Both the position numbers and the translations under genes were made by a program. Under the pieces are notes generated by a model. That model saw only the letters and a list, made by a program, of their open reading frames with translations. It was not told the DNA's origin and made no database searches. Below, piece by piece: positions 39,893 through 52,078 of a DNA stretch of 64,000 bases (position 1 is its first letter; the number at the start of each line of letters is the position of its first letter). Origin of the DNA: Balanoglossus misakiensis (lineage: Eukaryota; Animalia; Hemichordata). Where the stretch lies: the NCBI GenBank assembly GCA_040954595.2, contig CM082586.2, positions 1,369,124 through 1,433,123 of the forward strand, in the 5' to 3' direction.

Positions 39893-39910
39893 AAAACAGA
39901 GAGAGGAAGA
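39893..39910 (-). promoter_or_regulatory. TCT initiator / 5'TOP pyrimidine tract of RPL39
   Basis: Minus strand tcttcctctctctgtttt about 30-45 nt upstream of the ATG, followed by a YY1-like CCGCCAT; typical of ribosomal-protein genes. Confidence 0.75.
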
Positions 39911-41302
39911 CCATGATCGATTTAGTAACAGTGTGACTGATTGGTTCAGCGCTCACATTATGCACCAATGAAAACCGTTTAAATTTATGACGCGTAACTA
40001 CTCTCAACAGGAACATGTGGTGGCGCTGTTTGAAAATAAAAACGAAAGAATAAGCATGAGAAAGTTCGTAGTCATTGTCCGTGCCAATTAATTTTCTGTG
40101 GTTTATATTTTTAGCTTATGCGCTATGTTCATCTTACAGATAAACTACTGCAGTAGTGTTTTATCTCAATCAGAACAGAATTTCCTTGGTACTTCCTTCC
40201 ATATACACACAGATCAAAGGTTTGTAAATAATCAAAACAGACAGCTTTCATCTTTCATAACAATTTTAATACTAGGATAACATTCCTTGTTAACACACAC
40301 AAAGCAGCTAGGAATATACACAGAGAAAAAACTGACATAAAATGACACTACAAATAAAAATAAACATCTTGGCTTCTCTGGATGCAGTATGGTACAAAAC
40401 CAATTCCATTTTCAAGACATGCATTCTCTGTACCTTTCCTCAAGACTTGACCAACAAATTTGCTGCCTTTAAAACAGTTTATGAACAGATTTCAACTTAA
40501 GTGAAAGTTCACATTTAAAACTTCGAGAATACAACAAGTACATTCAATTGACTTTCACCCTACTAGTTCTCTGTACATGGATTCACCCAGTCATTGATAA
40601 AACAGACGGTTGACCCAAATTGTGCGTTTGAAGGGGATGAATTTTTATTTATCAAAGAACTTATTTGCATTTCTTTTTATTGAACAATTATTATAAGTTT
40701 GTATAACCTACACAGTGGTTGTTCTCAGGATTAAATAGTTAGTGGCAGAACTATCTTACTTGCCCAAGACTCATTTCAGGCTAGCCACAGGCAGGCCTTA
40801 GACACTAACAGGCAAGCATATCAAGTCATAATCACCCATCTCTACCCAGTGAAGTTACACTGAACTGTAAATATGTAAATTTCACGAGAGTAACAACTAA
40901 CACACACACACAAGCAGCTTGCCTGCTCTCTAAAAAAACGTCTATGTAAAAGACCCTGGGTGAATCTGAGAAAGACTGTTCAAGTCTCGGGTGAGCAAAG
41001 CACCTCCAAACCCTGTTTGAGACTCGTCTATTGGAGAGATAGTTCTGCCAAGTACTTTTATTTGAAATACAGACAACGACTGTAAAGCACCTGCAACTAA
41101 ATTCTCAACCGTTCATTAAAAGGTCATGAAAATGAGAATATTCCTGAAGGTTAGGTTTTGCTCAGAATAGAACTACCCCTGTGTTTGAGCAAAAAGTTGA
41201 ATGATCTATAGCAAAGAGTGGCGGATTACTCCATACAACAACCAACACAGGAGTGTCAAGATTATGATTATGATGAAGATGGTGGTTGGTTTCTTTAATT
41301 CA

Positions 41303-44045
41303 TCAGACACCAGGAACTCTGTCCATGTCACCAGGCATCGCAAACGGATCTCGCAATCGTCTTTCTTCCAAGTAACTCGGGATCGGTTCTGAAGTGGATG
41401 GCACCTCTCCTGTGAATGGCAGCCATTTCACTCGGCCTCGCTGCAGCAATTGCATCGAGTTGAGCGCATCTAAATACTGGATCTGTACAATAGGAAAGAA
41501 ATCCAAAGAAGCATTTTTTTTGTTCAATAGTATGCTATGAGGCACATAGTCAGAAATATTTAATTCAGACAAGAAAATAGACAAGACTTGATTTTGTGAA
41601 AGTTTTATGACAGCTACTTGCAGCCATACCTGTTTTCTGACATATTCCACCATATTGACAAGATGCTGTGGGTCTTTGCACTGTTTGGCGAAGAGGTTCC
41701 TCCACAGAGCGGCTGCTAACACTCTGTCACTGGACATCAACCCCTGCATTACCAAAGAAATACCAGGTTAGAGTATTAACTGAATAATGATGATCAATGC
41801 AAATTATAGTCACCGTACAGGTGAAAGGTCAGGGGTCACATAGCTTGGCAAGAAAGCAAGGTTCCCATGGAAACTCACCTCATCATATGCAAAGAGAATA
41901 CCTTGAAATTGTCCAAGCATCTGTCGTAGTGCTTCTTTCATCTTGATGGAATTGACCTGGTGATTAGGTACAAATGACAAGTTGAATCCGTTGTCAAATA
42001 TTTGTTTTAGCTCATGAAATCAGACTAGGGCAAACTACATTCAGATATTGTTGTACAAATTCCACGACGTTCTTACCCCTAAAACTCGTCCTCTCTCTTG
42101 TATATCATGCCACATTGATATGATGAGGTAGTGTGTCATGTATTTTCCCTCTTTGCCTTCCTTCTTGAGTCGAACCATGCACATCCTGTGATAGAGACCA
42201 GGAAGGGTGAAAATAACTGGCCTGACCATGTTTTGTCTTTCTGCAAATGCATCTATGACCGACCACTGTTGATTGATGCAGGAATAATGCAAATCCATCA
42301 CAGCTCAATTGGTGAATTATCCTTTTCAAGGTCAAAGTTGGGAGAGTGACACTTACCACACATGGAGCTGAGTCACTAAGAACCACGAGTAAAATGTGTC
42401 TGGTAAATTGCATACTGAAAGAATAAAAGTAGAAACAACGCCAAATTGTTATTTGAAAAATTGTTTATTTTGCCAAATTGTTTTTTTATTTTATCTTGAT
42501 TCTTCATAAACACCACTCTTACCTCTAAAGAAAGCTTCTATGTCAATTCCCTCAACGCAGCTTGTGTACATATTTTTCCCTGATATTCTCATTTTCTGTG
42601 AAGAAAAAAACACCAAGCGAACAAATCTTGTCAAGTTTTCTTATGCACATTGCAATTATTATCACCATAAGCGAGAACACCGACTGTTGACCATTTCAAG
42701 CATAAGTGACCTCCTCACACAATAGCCACGTCCCTAGACAGATTATGTAACATCCCATTATTTAAATGTTTCAGTGTATCAACTCCCTGCAGCAGTCTTC
42801 AAAGGACATTTTATTCATTACTGTTTCTGGGTTGTGCAAACAGTGAACAGAGAGAGAATTGGCACAGACATGTCAACAACTTCAGTCACGCGATGACAAA
42901 CGTGAGCTGCTGCGTGCTGGCTGTATATATTACACACTTTCACCTTGTCCTGTCTATCTGTAATAACATATTAATTTATAATATTCCTTCAAAAATCAAA
43001 GATCGGTAAAACTTACAAATCTGTTGTATTTCATTGACCCCAGGCCCATTCCCTCTCGCAGCCTTGTCACAAGGCTTGGCTTTTCATTTCTCTGTACATG
43101 TTTCTTTGATATCTAGGGGGAAAACAAGAACAGACAATGACAATTCACTGTATATTTTGAAGGATAATCAATGCATTTTTCTGTTTAGTTGAGACAGTCG
43201 TTGATATTGATGTCAGTGCACTGGGGTTATTGATCCAAAGAATGCATAATGTTTCAGGAGGCTACACTGGGGTTATTGTACAGCTAACAACTCGAGTTCA
43301 ATGACCTTGTCTGTCTATGTCTAATTTTAACAATACCTGTGTAGCTGGACTTGTTGAAATCCATTTCACAGAATGCAGCTGTGGTACAAATGTGGATGGT
43401 GTGGCACAAAGACATCTTGTAATGATTAATGGTCGGTACAGATGTAGAACCTGTATCAAAACAAAGGGGAAAGTGAACTGTTAGACATTACTAAATATAT
43501 ACACACTATTAGAACTTTGAGCCAAAATGTGGCATCTACATGTATGTTTCATATATCCAATACTTGTATGTGGGACCTGGCAAATATTGATATACATGAT
43601 GAGAATGAAATTTGTATGAACAGGAGTCAAGCGGCAAAGCACCTTGGTGAACAGCATACTGAGGGTTCTGATACCGGCTGGTCGACTTGCCCTACTGTCT
43701 ATTGCGAAACCGACATAAACCGGTTTATACGACCCAACCCCCAACCACAGGCAAGACCTTGAGCTAGTGCCGGGTGTAAGCGGTACTGCGGTCGTCTTCC
43801 TAGGAACCGATCTGTCATACACTGTCTATGGTTGAACCGACTTATATCCAATGGAAAGTGTAAACAAATAAACATCAATACATTTTTCAAAATCAGTTTT
43901 AGTGCCAAAACACGGGCCTCGACGAACATGCGTGGTTATGATCAACATTCGTGTCACCGACCTTTTCACTGCTTGACGATTGCTGAGACAACATTCGCCC
44001 GGATGAGATCGCCATAAGGCGAAAAGTCGAAGCGAATGCCGACAT
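41303..44045 (-). CDS. UQCC1: Ubiquinol-cytochrome c reductase complex assembly factor 1 (Cbp3 homolog), about 301 aa
   Basis: Exons 44045-43962, 43450-43337, 43112-43017, 42595-42523, 42414-42357, 42185-42077, 41956-41879, 41743-41630, 41482-41303 (906 nt). Motifs CNLPDTFYSWFLVTQLHVWMCMVRL and FAYDEGLMSSDRVLAAALWRNLF; Ser/Arg-rich N-terminus resembles a mitochondrial presequence. The first exon is the least certain. Confidence 0.92.
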
Positions 44046-44372
44046 CTTCTTCACGTGTCGACCGTCAACAACAACCCCAACTTTCCCAGCTCCCGAGATA
44101 ATAACATGCGATCAAGGTTACGAAATGTTTCTCATCACGTTTATGTAAACGTGCGTGTCCCGCTTTCATAATTCACCTATGACCCAGTCTAGAGTTGGTT
44201 TGTTTGTTTGTTGAGCGAATCACAAAAAGAACATAATTTTTATTAGAAAGTAGTGTCGGAGGTAAATAGTAGTGTTCATGGTAAAAACACAAAACATATA
44301 AACATAATACAGCAATGAAGATTTTATATCGGTTCATTTGTTAGCAGATTTCTGGAGGTCCCCTCTCTCACA

Positions 44373-44392
44373 GGGTCAGAAGTCAAAGGTCA
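44373..44392 (+). promoter_or_regulatory. Tandem nuclear-receptor DR1-like elements in the UQCC1/LDAH bidirectional promoter
   Basis: GGGTCA-g-AAGTCA-a-AGGTCA. Confidence 0.4.
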
Positions 44393-44592
44393 AAGAAGAA
44401 GCAGACAGCCAGCACAACCAGCTGACATCGAATATTTTTAACCCGACGTTTAAAGGTATTATTTTCAACATCAAACTCCAGCATTTTACTTGAAATTTTC
44501 CAAGTTCAAAATGCTTTACATTGATATAACTTGATGTAATTTCGTGATCCGCATCATCATCATAAAAGTAATTGATTTTTCTTCCTGACAGG

Positions 44593-46064
44593 ATGGCTGA
44601 TGATGAAGAACCTGTGTGTTATTCAGAATATGTTGTTGTCAACGGAGTCAACACTCACGTGTTGAAGTATGACTGTGAACATAAAGGAAGCGTGACCAAC
44701 ATTCAACAAACCCACAGCTCACATCAGCATCATCATCATGATAAGCAGCATGATGTTCTTATACTCATGATACCAGGTATTCTGATAATTTTGCTCCACA
44801 GTGTATGGTCAATTTCGTTTGTCGACTTTGCCATAGAGGGCGCCACGTGTGGATAAAATGCCATAAAACATCTATGTTTGTTTCGTTTATTAGGGAATCC
44901 CGGAGTGGTAGGATTCTATGAACAGTTTATGGAGATCCTGTACGAAGCTAGTGGTCGCCAAGTTCCTGTGTGGGGGATATCTCATGCTGGACATGAAATG
45001 ACACCAGATATGAAGAAAACACACTTTAATTGGAGTGAGTAACTGTGAACTATCAGTGTAGCATTGAATTGAATTTTGTCCACCTGCAACTCAGTGACTT
45101 TCTACTGAACATACATGACACATGTACGCTGTTAATTTCAGACACCGATGACAGCACGTATAATCTGAAGGGCCAAGTCAAACACAAGATAGAATTTATC
45201 GAGAAGTGTGTACCACCAGAAACAAAGCTTGTTCTTATAGGACACTCCATAGGTGAGTACATCAGCTGCATGTGTATTCTCTGCCTCTCTCTCTATGTCT
45301 GTGTGTGTAGGTCTCTCTGTCTATCATTTCTGTGTGTGTTTGTTAACAATCTCTCTCTCTCTCTCTTGGCAGGATGTTATTTCATTCTAGAAATTCTGAA
45401 GAACATGCCACATCTCAACGTCTTGAAGTGTATCATGCTTTTCCCAACCATTGAAGGGATGTGGGATTCTCCCAAGGGCACCTGGATGGCTCCAATCCTG
45501 GTCTATCTGCGCTGGATCGCTCTGTTGCCGGTGGTTGTGGCATCGTATCTCTCGGCACACGTCCAGTGGAGTCTTCTGACATGGTTTTTCAGTGGACGAA
45601 AAGTGAGTTATCAATACTAGGATTTTGATATTCAGACTTAATGATTTTCGGCTTCAAATATAACTGAACTACACCAAACATACACTTGATCATTGCTCAA
45701 GCTTTGTTTTGTTATATTTACACCATAGGTTGCAACTTGCACTTACAACGCAGCCATGAACATGTTCAACCCTGTGTGCGTCTCAAACCAGATGTTCATG
45801 GCAGCGTGTGAGATGAAGGAGGTGGTCACACCCGACTTGGAGACCATTCGTCATCATCTGCCCAAACTGCTGTTCTACTACGGCTCCACAGACCACTGGT
45901 GTCCCGTCAGCTACTACGAGAAAATGAAACGCATGTTTCCGCATGGTGATATCAGGTTGTGCGAGAATGGGTTCGAGCATGCTTTCTGCTTGGAGTCAAG
46001 TGAAGAAATGGCAGACATGGTGTGGAGCTGGATTCGAGATGATGTCACCAAAATTCACAAGTGA
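44593..46064 (+). CDS. LDAH: Lipid droplet-associated serine hydrolase (alpha/beta hydrolase), about 333 aa
   Basis: Exons 44593-44776, 44894-45034, 45142-45252, 45373-45602, 45729-46064. Motifs MIPGNPGVVGFYEQF, ISHAGH, GHSIGCY nucleophile elbow, LFPTIE, FYYGSTDHWCP, HAFCL. Confidence 0.93.
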
Positions 46065-47908
46065 TTAAAACTCCAACATGGCAAATTTTCAGCTGCATCT
46101 TCAGACAAGTACAATAGACTAAATGTTGTCATGAGACTGTCAATAATAATTGTAAATATTTAGGCTATTCATTTAAAAAGCAATTGACATGTGTATTATT
46201 CTTGGCGACAGACTTAAAATGTTTTTGTCGATAATATTAAAATGCCCCTATCGGTAAAGTACTGGTGTTTTTCTGTATAATTATGTTTATTGCAAAATAT
46301 TTAAATTTGAAGTTTTTATATAAATTTATGTAACTAAGGACTTTGAAAATCTGGTCAAATGGTTTGAAAGTCAAGTAAAATAAAGCAGAATTCTGCAGAA
46401 ATATCCATGCTCTTGTGTATAATGTTGGAAGTTAAAAAAACATTTCTCCCCTCCCTTGCCCTCGTTTTATATAGCACAGCGCAGCTAGCGGTAGAAATGA
46501 GCACAGGCCCCTCAATCTGCCCAAGGGCACGTCACAATTTTACCGAGGTTAAACATCATGTTCCATTTGACAAAGTTCGCTGATTATACGAAAATAACAT
46601 TCGTACAAATCACAGCCTTGGGGCGAGGTAAAGTACGATTGGATGGCAAAGGTTTTAGGAGATTTCACAGACTTCTGTAGCTCGCTACCTCAATACAAGC
46701 GTGTTCGTTTGAATAGATGCCAGGCCGGTCACCCAGTTAACAGTGAATGTGTGCCACGTCGAAAAAACAAGCTGTTTACTGCAAAAAGGGGTAACGGTAA
46801 CGTTGAAGGAAACTGTGTGAATGGCTTACAGTTCCTTCAAACGAGACGAAAAACAGCCCCATGTCTCGTGATGACGCACGTCATAAGCAAGGGTTCGGAA
46901 ACTGCGCTGATCAAGTTCGGTTACTGTATTACTTTGTAGACACATATATTTTTCGCAGTTGTGTGTCGTGTCTCATTAGGCCTGCAACCCTATTCCACCT
47001 TCCGGACAACCGCACGACTTAGGCTCCTTTCAAACCCACGAGGACATTTAGACTCAACCCATCAGTATACCATGGCAACGCGTGTTCAATCAAAACTAAT
47101 GGATGATGTACAGGGATATGGGGGGGGGGGGGGGGGGGGCAGTCGTATGCTGTTTCCCTCATGGCTGGTCAAGGGGTGTACATTTGTATGAGTCACAGCC
47201 CATTGATTCTGCATTGTGCGTTTATGTAAACTTGTAACATCTAATATAACTCGGGAAAGTCGAAGTCTGTATTTCAACTCATCTAAACCATCGCGGTCTT
47301 GTCACCTTTTGAAGAAGATTAACAACCCGCTGCATCTAAATCTTGAATATCAGTCCGTGTACGTAGGCGTTATGTACCTGGACAGTTGAGGAAAATGTCC
47401 TTGACTGGGGAGGGGTACATCAATGATGATCCTGGTACGGCTAATAACGCGGTTATCCCAGAGTGCTATTTCATAGCTATAAGTCAAAGCTCATGTTCTA
47501 ATTTCGAAACCGTGTTAACTAATGAAGGTCGCATGAAGGTTGTCCCGGTGCATGTGGGTATCATTGTCGACCGTGTCAAACTCTCATCTCGCTGGCGCCA
47601 GTCTGCGATGCTCTATCTTGTTTTCTCGACAGTAGGTAGAGTTTCTGTCAGGATGCCATACCCCTACTTTGCCTAGGAAATCCGAGTTGATGTAACGGTA
47701 TTTTTTTGTTTCTTGTTGGATGGGTAATTTTATGTTTGTGGGGCATTGTCTCGATTACAGCGACGTTCGAAGACCTTTGTATCGTTCGTCCACCCAGCTG
47801 CAAATATTGATCTGTACACGAGTACATGCCGCAGTGCAATGAGTGTACTTGAGCCATGACGTCAGTCGTCTCATACTCCTTGCTGGAACAATTCGTATTT
47901 CAACGGTA

Positions 47909-48190
47909 TTAAGGTGGTACGCGCCTCGAAAATCTTAAATCTTCTCTCATATAATGCTCAAGCCAACTTTAGATTATTCTCTCGTTAAATTGAGAACAAA
48001 AATTGGGGACACCGTGTGCAACTTTGAAAAAACAGTGACCACATGTATCTGAACAATAATCGAAATGAAATTGTATAATGGCATTTATAAAATTTATCAC
48101 GACTTCTACTGTTAGAAAAGCTTAAAGTTAAAGGAGAAAAAGTGGTTTTCGGCACACGGAACTAATCTTAACCCACACCTTTGGATGAAT
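47909..48190. mobile_element. Possible degenerate non-autonomous DNA element (MITE-like) remnant
   Basis: Begins ttaaggtggtacgcgcctcgaaa and contains ggggacaccgtgtgcaacttt. It resembles from memory a TTAA-flanked dispersed repeat of enteropneust genomes; no matching 3' TIR found, and not verified by a search. Confidence 0.3.
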
Positions 48191-51100
48191 TTTCCGCCCT
48201 TTAATAGTGTCTTAGCGACCCCTGAACGCCAAATGTACAAATACGCGTTCTTGACAGACTCTCTTTAATCGCAACCGGCGCAGTGTAATGCAATATCGAT
48301 GAGCAGATTGATTGAATCCTGTTGCTATTACAACGACAGTTCATTCTATTCCCAAGGGCTATTTGAGAAGGAATATTGAACGATTCGACTTCAGATGCTC
48401 GAGTAGTCAGTGGATTTCCAGCGAGTCGTATATATACAAAGTGACCCTTTGAAACTTGTCTGGAACCGCGTATACTACGTGCGAAAGTAAGTGTGCACAA
48501 TTACAGAAATGCCTCAGTCGATGCGGAGTCTTCGTTCTACTAACGGTATACTGTTTCAGAAAAGATAAAAGCTTCTGTCGTGTATACTTGTCTTGCCATT
48601 CTGTCGATGTCATAATGCTGTTACTAAAATGCTCACGTGGGATGAGAAGGAATCGAGGCCTCTTGCCCGTTGGGAGTGAACACTACCTAAAAGTTTAATT
48701 ATTTCAATCGCGCCCTTGGTTAAACTGTACAGGTAAAAAGAGCGCGTTTGCCCAACATGTGTTCGCAAACGTCTGGGGAATAGTTCAAATTTCACGAAAG
48801 CAAAAAGAAATGTCAGGGGGACTGCTGTGAACTACATTAAAATGTTGGTTAGGCAGCATGTTGTGGGTGGTCGTGCTCTATATTATTTCCTCCAGCCGGA
48901 ACGTTTATAATTACTGAAACCCCCAAAAGTTTAATACCTGGTGGTCTGTCTGTTTGTCTCCACCGCAAAACATGGACCGTGGTTCGCTCTGTGACTGAAA
49001 CCAGCGTGACGACAAAAGCAGCAAATTTCGTCAGTCGCACGCACATGTTTTTCGAACCATGCAACACAATATATATTCAAGGTTTGAACATGCCCCATGA
49101 AAGAGAATTCGCTTGGGAAAAAAGTAATTTCAAGCTGATGTCATGGAAACTTTAAATGCTGTAACGTAATTTGCAGCGTGTCCCCATATGAACCGTGTGC
49201 GTATCATAGCAGAGCATTTGGACCCTTCAGAGAAAACATCAACTTGGCACGAGCTTGTCCCCAGGGGGCGCCTTCATGCTTTAGTTAATTGTAATCTCCC
49301 GCGAATTGAAACTGCCACCGGGGTGATTGTATTCTGCGCTCGGTCGATCTCACGGGAAGAAAAGCTGTGATTGTACCATGGATGGTCAATTAGAAGAAGT
49401 ATGTCGCACAGGGTCGAATGAGCCACCGAACAATTAAAACAGCCCAACACGTGCAAGGTGAACTTGTACACACCGCCCGCGTTTTTGGTCAATCGCCTCG
49501 TGACGATCATTCTTCCTAAATTGCGTGTGTGTGACTCTTGCAGTTCGGGGCATTCCTCGGGCGACAGAAATCAATGAACAGCAAAAGCGTGACATGATTC
49601 CTAGATTAACCTCTCAATGTATAACCTATAAATTTATTACAGCGAATCGTCGAGGAAAAGTTGGCATATGTGGGAGACTGCTGAAAATTTAAAATATTGT
49701 GATTTTCCTGTGATGTGATGACCATGCTTTACCTCTTGGTATACAAACATGCAATGTACGGCACGCATGAGAAGTCTATGACCCATTACAACGAGTAGTG
49801 CCGGTCCATTCTCTTATCAGCATCAGCGCAGAGTGGTTGTCATCAAACCCATCGAAATGGACATAAGTACCATCAATACACCCAGCCAAGTGAGTAGTTC
49901 GCTTCGATATCGCTCTGGTTGCGAACAATAACCGAATAAATGTTAGTCCCTCGCAGTGCAAGAAACCGGTATCAATAATATATCAGCCTTGACTCGTTTC
50001 TGGACTCAAAAGCTTTATTCGCCACAGAGGAATTAAATATTTCATACTCAACTTGCTTTACAGTTCTTTTGTTATATGCTTTACTCAAATCAGGTCTTGA
50101 CTGTGCCGCTCTAGATAATATCGCTATAAATATTTTTTTGGAAACTCGATACCGCTATATTCACGACCTTTTTTACTTAACGAGTAACATGATCACTGAG
50201 GTCTTCTCTGCCAGTGTGCATTATTTATCTTCGACAGAAATACATAGGTGAGGTTGATAGTTCGACAATAATACACAATATGTCACCAGATTAATTTGAC
50301 AGTTTTTAGCCCAATTACAGATTAAAAGTGATTGATAATTTTTACTTTGCACTTTAGCACTTTAACCTTATTAAATTTATTTTATTTCCAAGCTAATTTC
50401 CCAGTTTAAAGGAAATTAAGCTTAATTTTGTGGCTTCGCCTATGCCCACGCACTGTTGGGGTATAAGCTTACACTTTGATTATGGACAGCCCCATCATAA
50501 TACAATTACTGCAGGATAGATAGATATGAACTTTATTGCTATGGACTTCTGCTGTGCTTCTTTCAGTATCCCAGTCGTGCATGGCTGTATACATTTCACG
50601 AAATGTTCGAAATCTAATTATCCCAAATTTGTTCCAATCATGTTAGTCTTCTAGTTTACTACTCAAATTGAAGGTCGCAGTTATTTGGGAAATGAAGCAA
50701 ATGAGACAAGTTTATGTTCAAAAACATCCATCAACTAATCCCCATTAAACACTCTATAAATAACCCCATCACATTTCAACCTAGCCAGAGACTTTACCAT
50801 GGCAACGGCTCGGCTTCCCGCTGACAGAAACAAAATGTGATTTCCCGACATGGAACATACGGCTTCCTGGAAGCGGTAATTGTGAGTCAACGGTGTTTGT
50901 CGATGCAAGGCTAACCGCTCCACGCCACCAGGTGCGCTCGTACCTTAGCGACACTTGAAGGACATCTAAATATATGTTCCTTTAAACAGGAACACAAAGC
51001 AGCGTGGTGCATTTATATATAAATCAACTGTCAAAACAAATGGGAACAGTAAATTATCAGGGGGATGGCAGTGACGGGCGTGCAATGTCCATGGACAATG

Positions 51101-52078
51101 TTCTCATCAATGAGCTCCGGATTCTGAGCATTTGACAGACAAGAGCCCTCCGGGTTAATGCCGGTTTCGCGACATTTCCGGACATCACAGCACTTTTCGC
51201 GATAGATAGTCTTTTTTTCTGTTTGCAAAAATTCCCAGAACACGTCAATAAAAACCTTACCCGCAGCAGCAGTTAATGGCTACCACCACCACCACCACCA
51301 CCACAACAAAGCCTTTCAGATTACTTATAATTATTATCACCTCAAGCATTATGCAAGCCTTATTTCTCTACCCAAACAATAGATGTTATCATGTTCACTT
51401 ATGCCCATCTGTGGTGCTTTTATAACGGACCGTTCACGTGACTGAGTTTTCTGTACCATTCGAATTAATTACATATCCCCCACCCCCTCAACCGCCCGCT
51501 TCGCTCGTTTCACGCATGTTCAAGAAGGTATAGCTTCATGCCGCATTATTTGCGCTGGTATGCAAATTACAGACTGAAGAAGGCGTGTTCTTGCGTCTAT
51601 CAAGCCTCACGTTGAATCTCATTGGCTGGCACACACGCGCGCTACTCCTGCCCAACCTACGGAATATGACATATAAGGAAATTTACTTGATGTCGTGGAG
51701 AGCGTTTGCGCCTTGCCTGTATGTACGATGGGAAACTGAAATAAGAATGTAGATAGATAGATACACGTTCACTTGTGGAATCTGTACTGATCCGAGCAAA
51801 AAAGCATCGCATATATCCGTCGTTCTCTTGTAACAAGATTCAGAGCGTAATAACGTACTTCAATCTCATCTTGCCCAAAATGTCATCTTTATAGGAACGC
51901 GAGAAGAGTAACTGCCTGGACTGATTTCTTCTGTGGGAAACTCCACTTCTTGCATTTTTCAAGCACCGTTTCTCGTCCAAGCACAACGCCAATGTCGCCG
52001 CACACAGGAACATCGAGATAACACGTGCCCCGACCAGACGCTCGGGCAGTGCCAATAACTAGTGCGGCGCTTACAAGC

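Noticed and set aside
43699-43929. ORF MFVEARVLALK as the UQCC1 first exon
   Set aside because: The exon 44045-43962 gives a better presequence-like start with a phase-compatible donor; this ORF lies in intron 1.
49776-49961. AGCIDGTYV resembles the PIF/Harbinger transposase G(A/C)IDGTH motif
   Set aside because: The downstream NRK/QxxxD motifs are absent, the ORF is only 61 aa and no TIRs are seen; probably chance.
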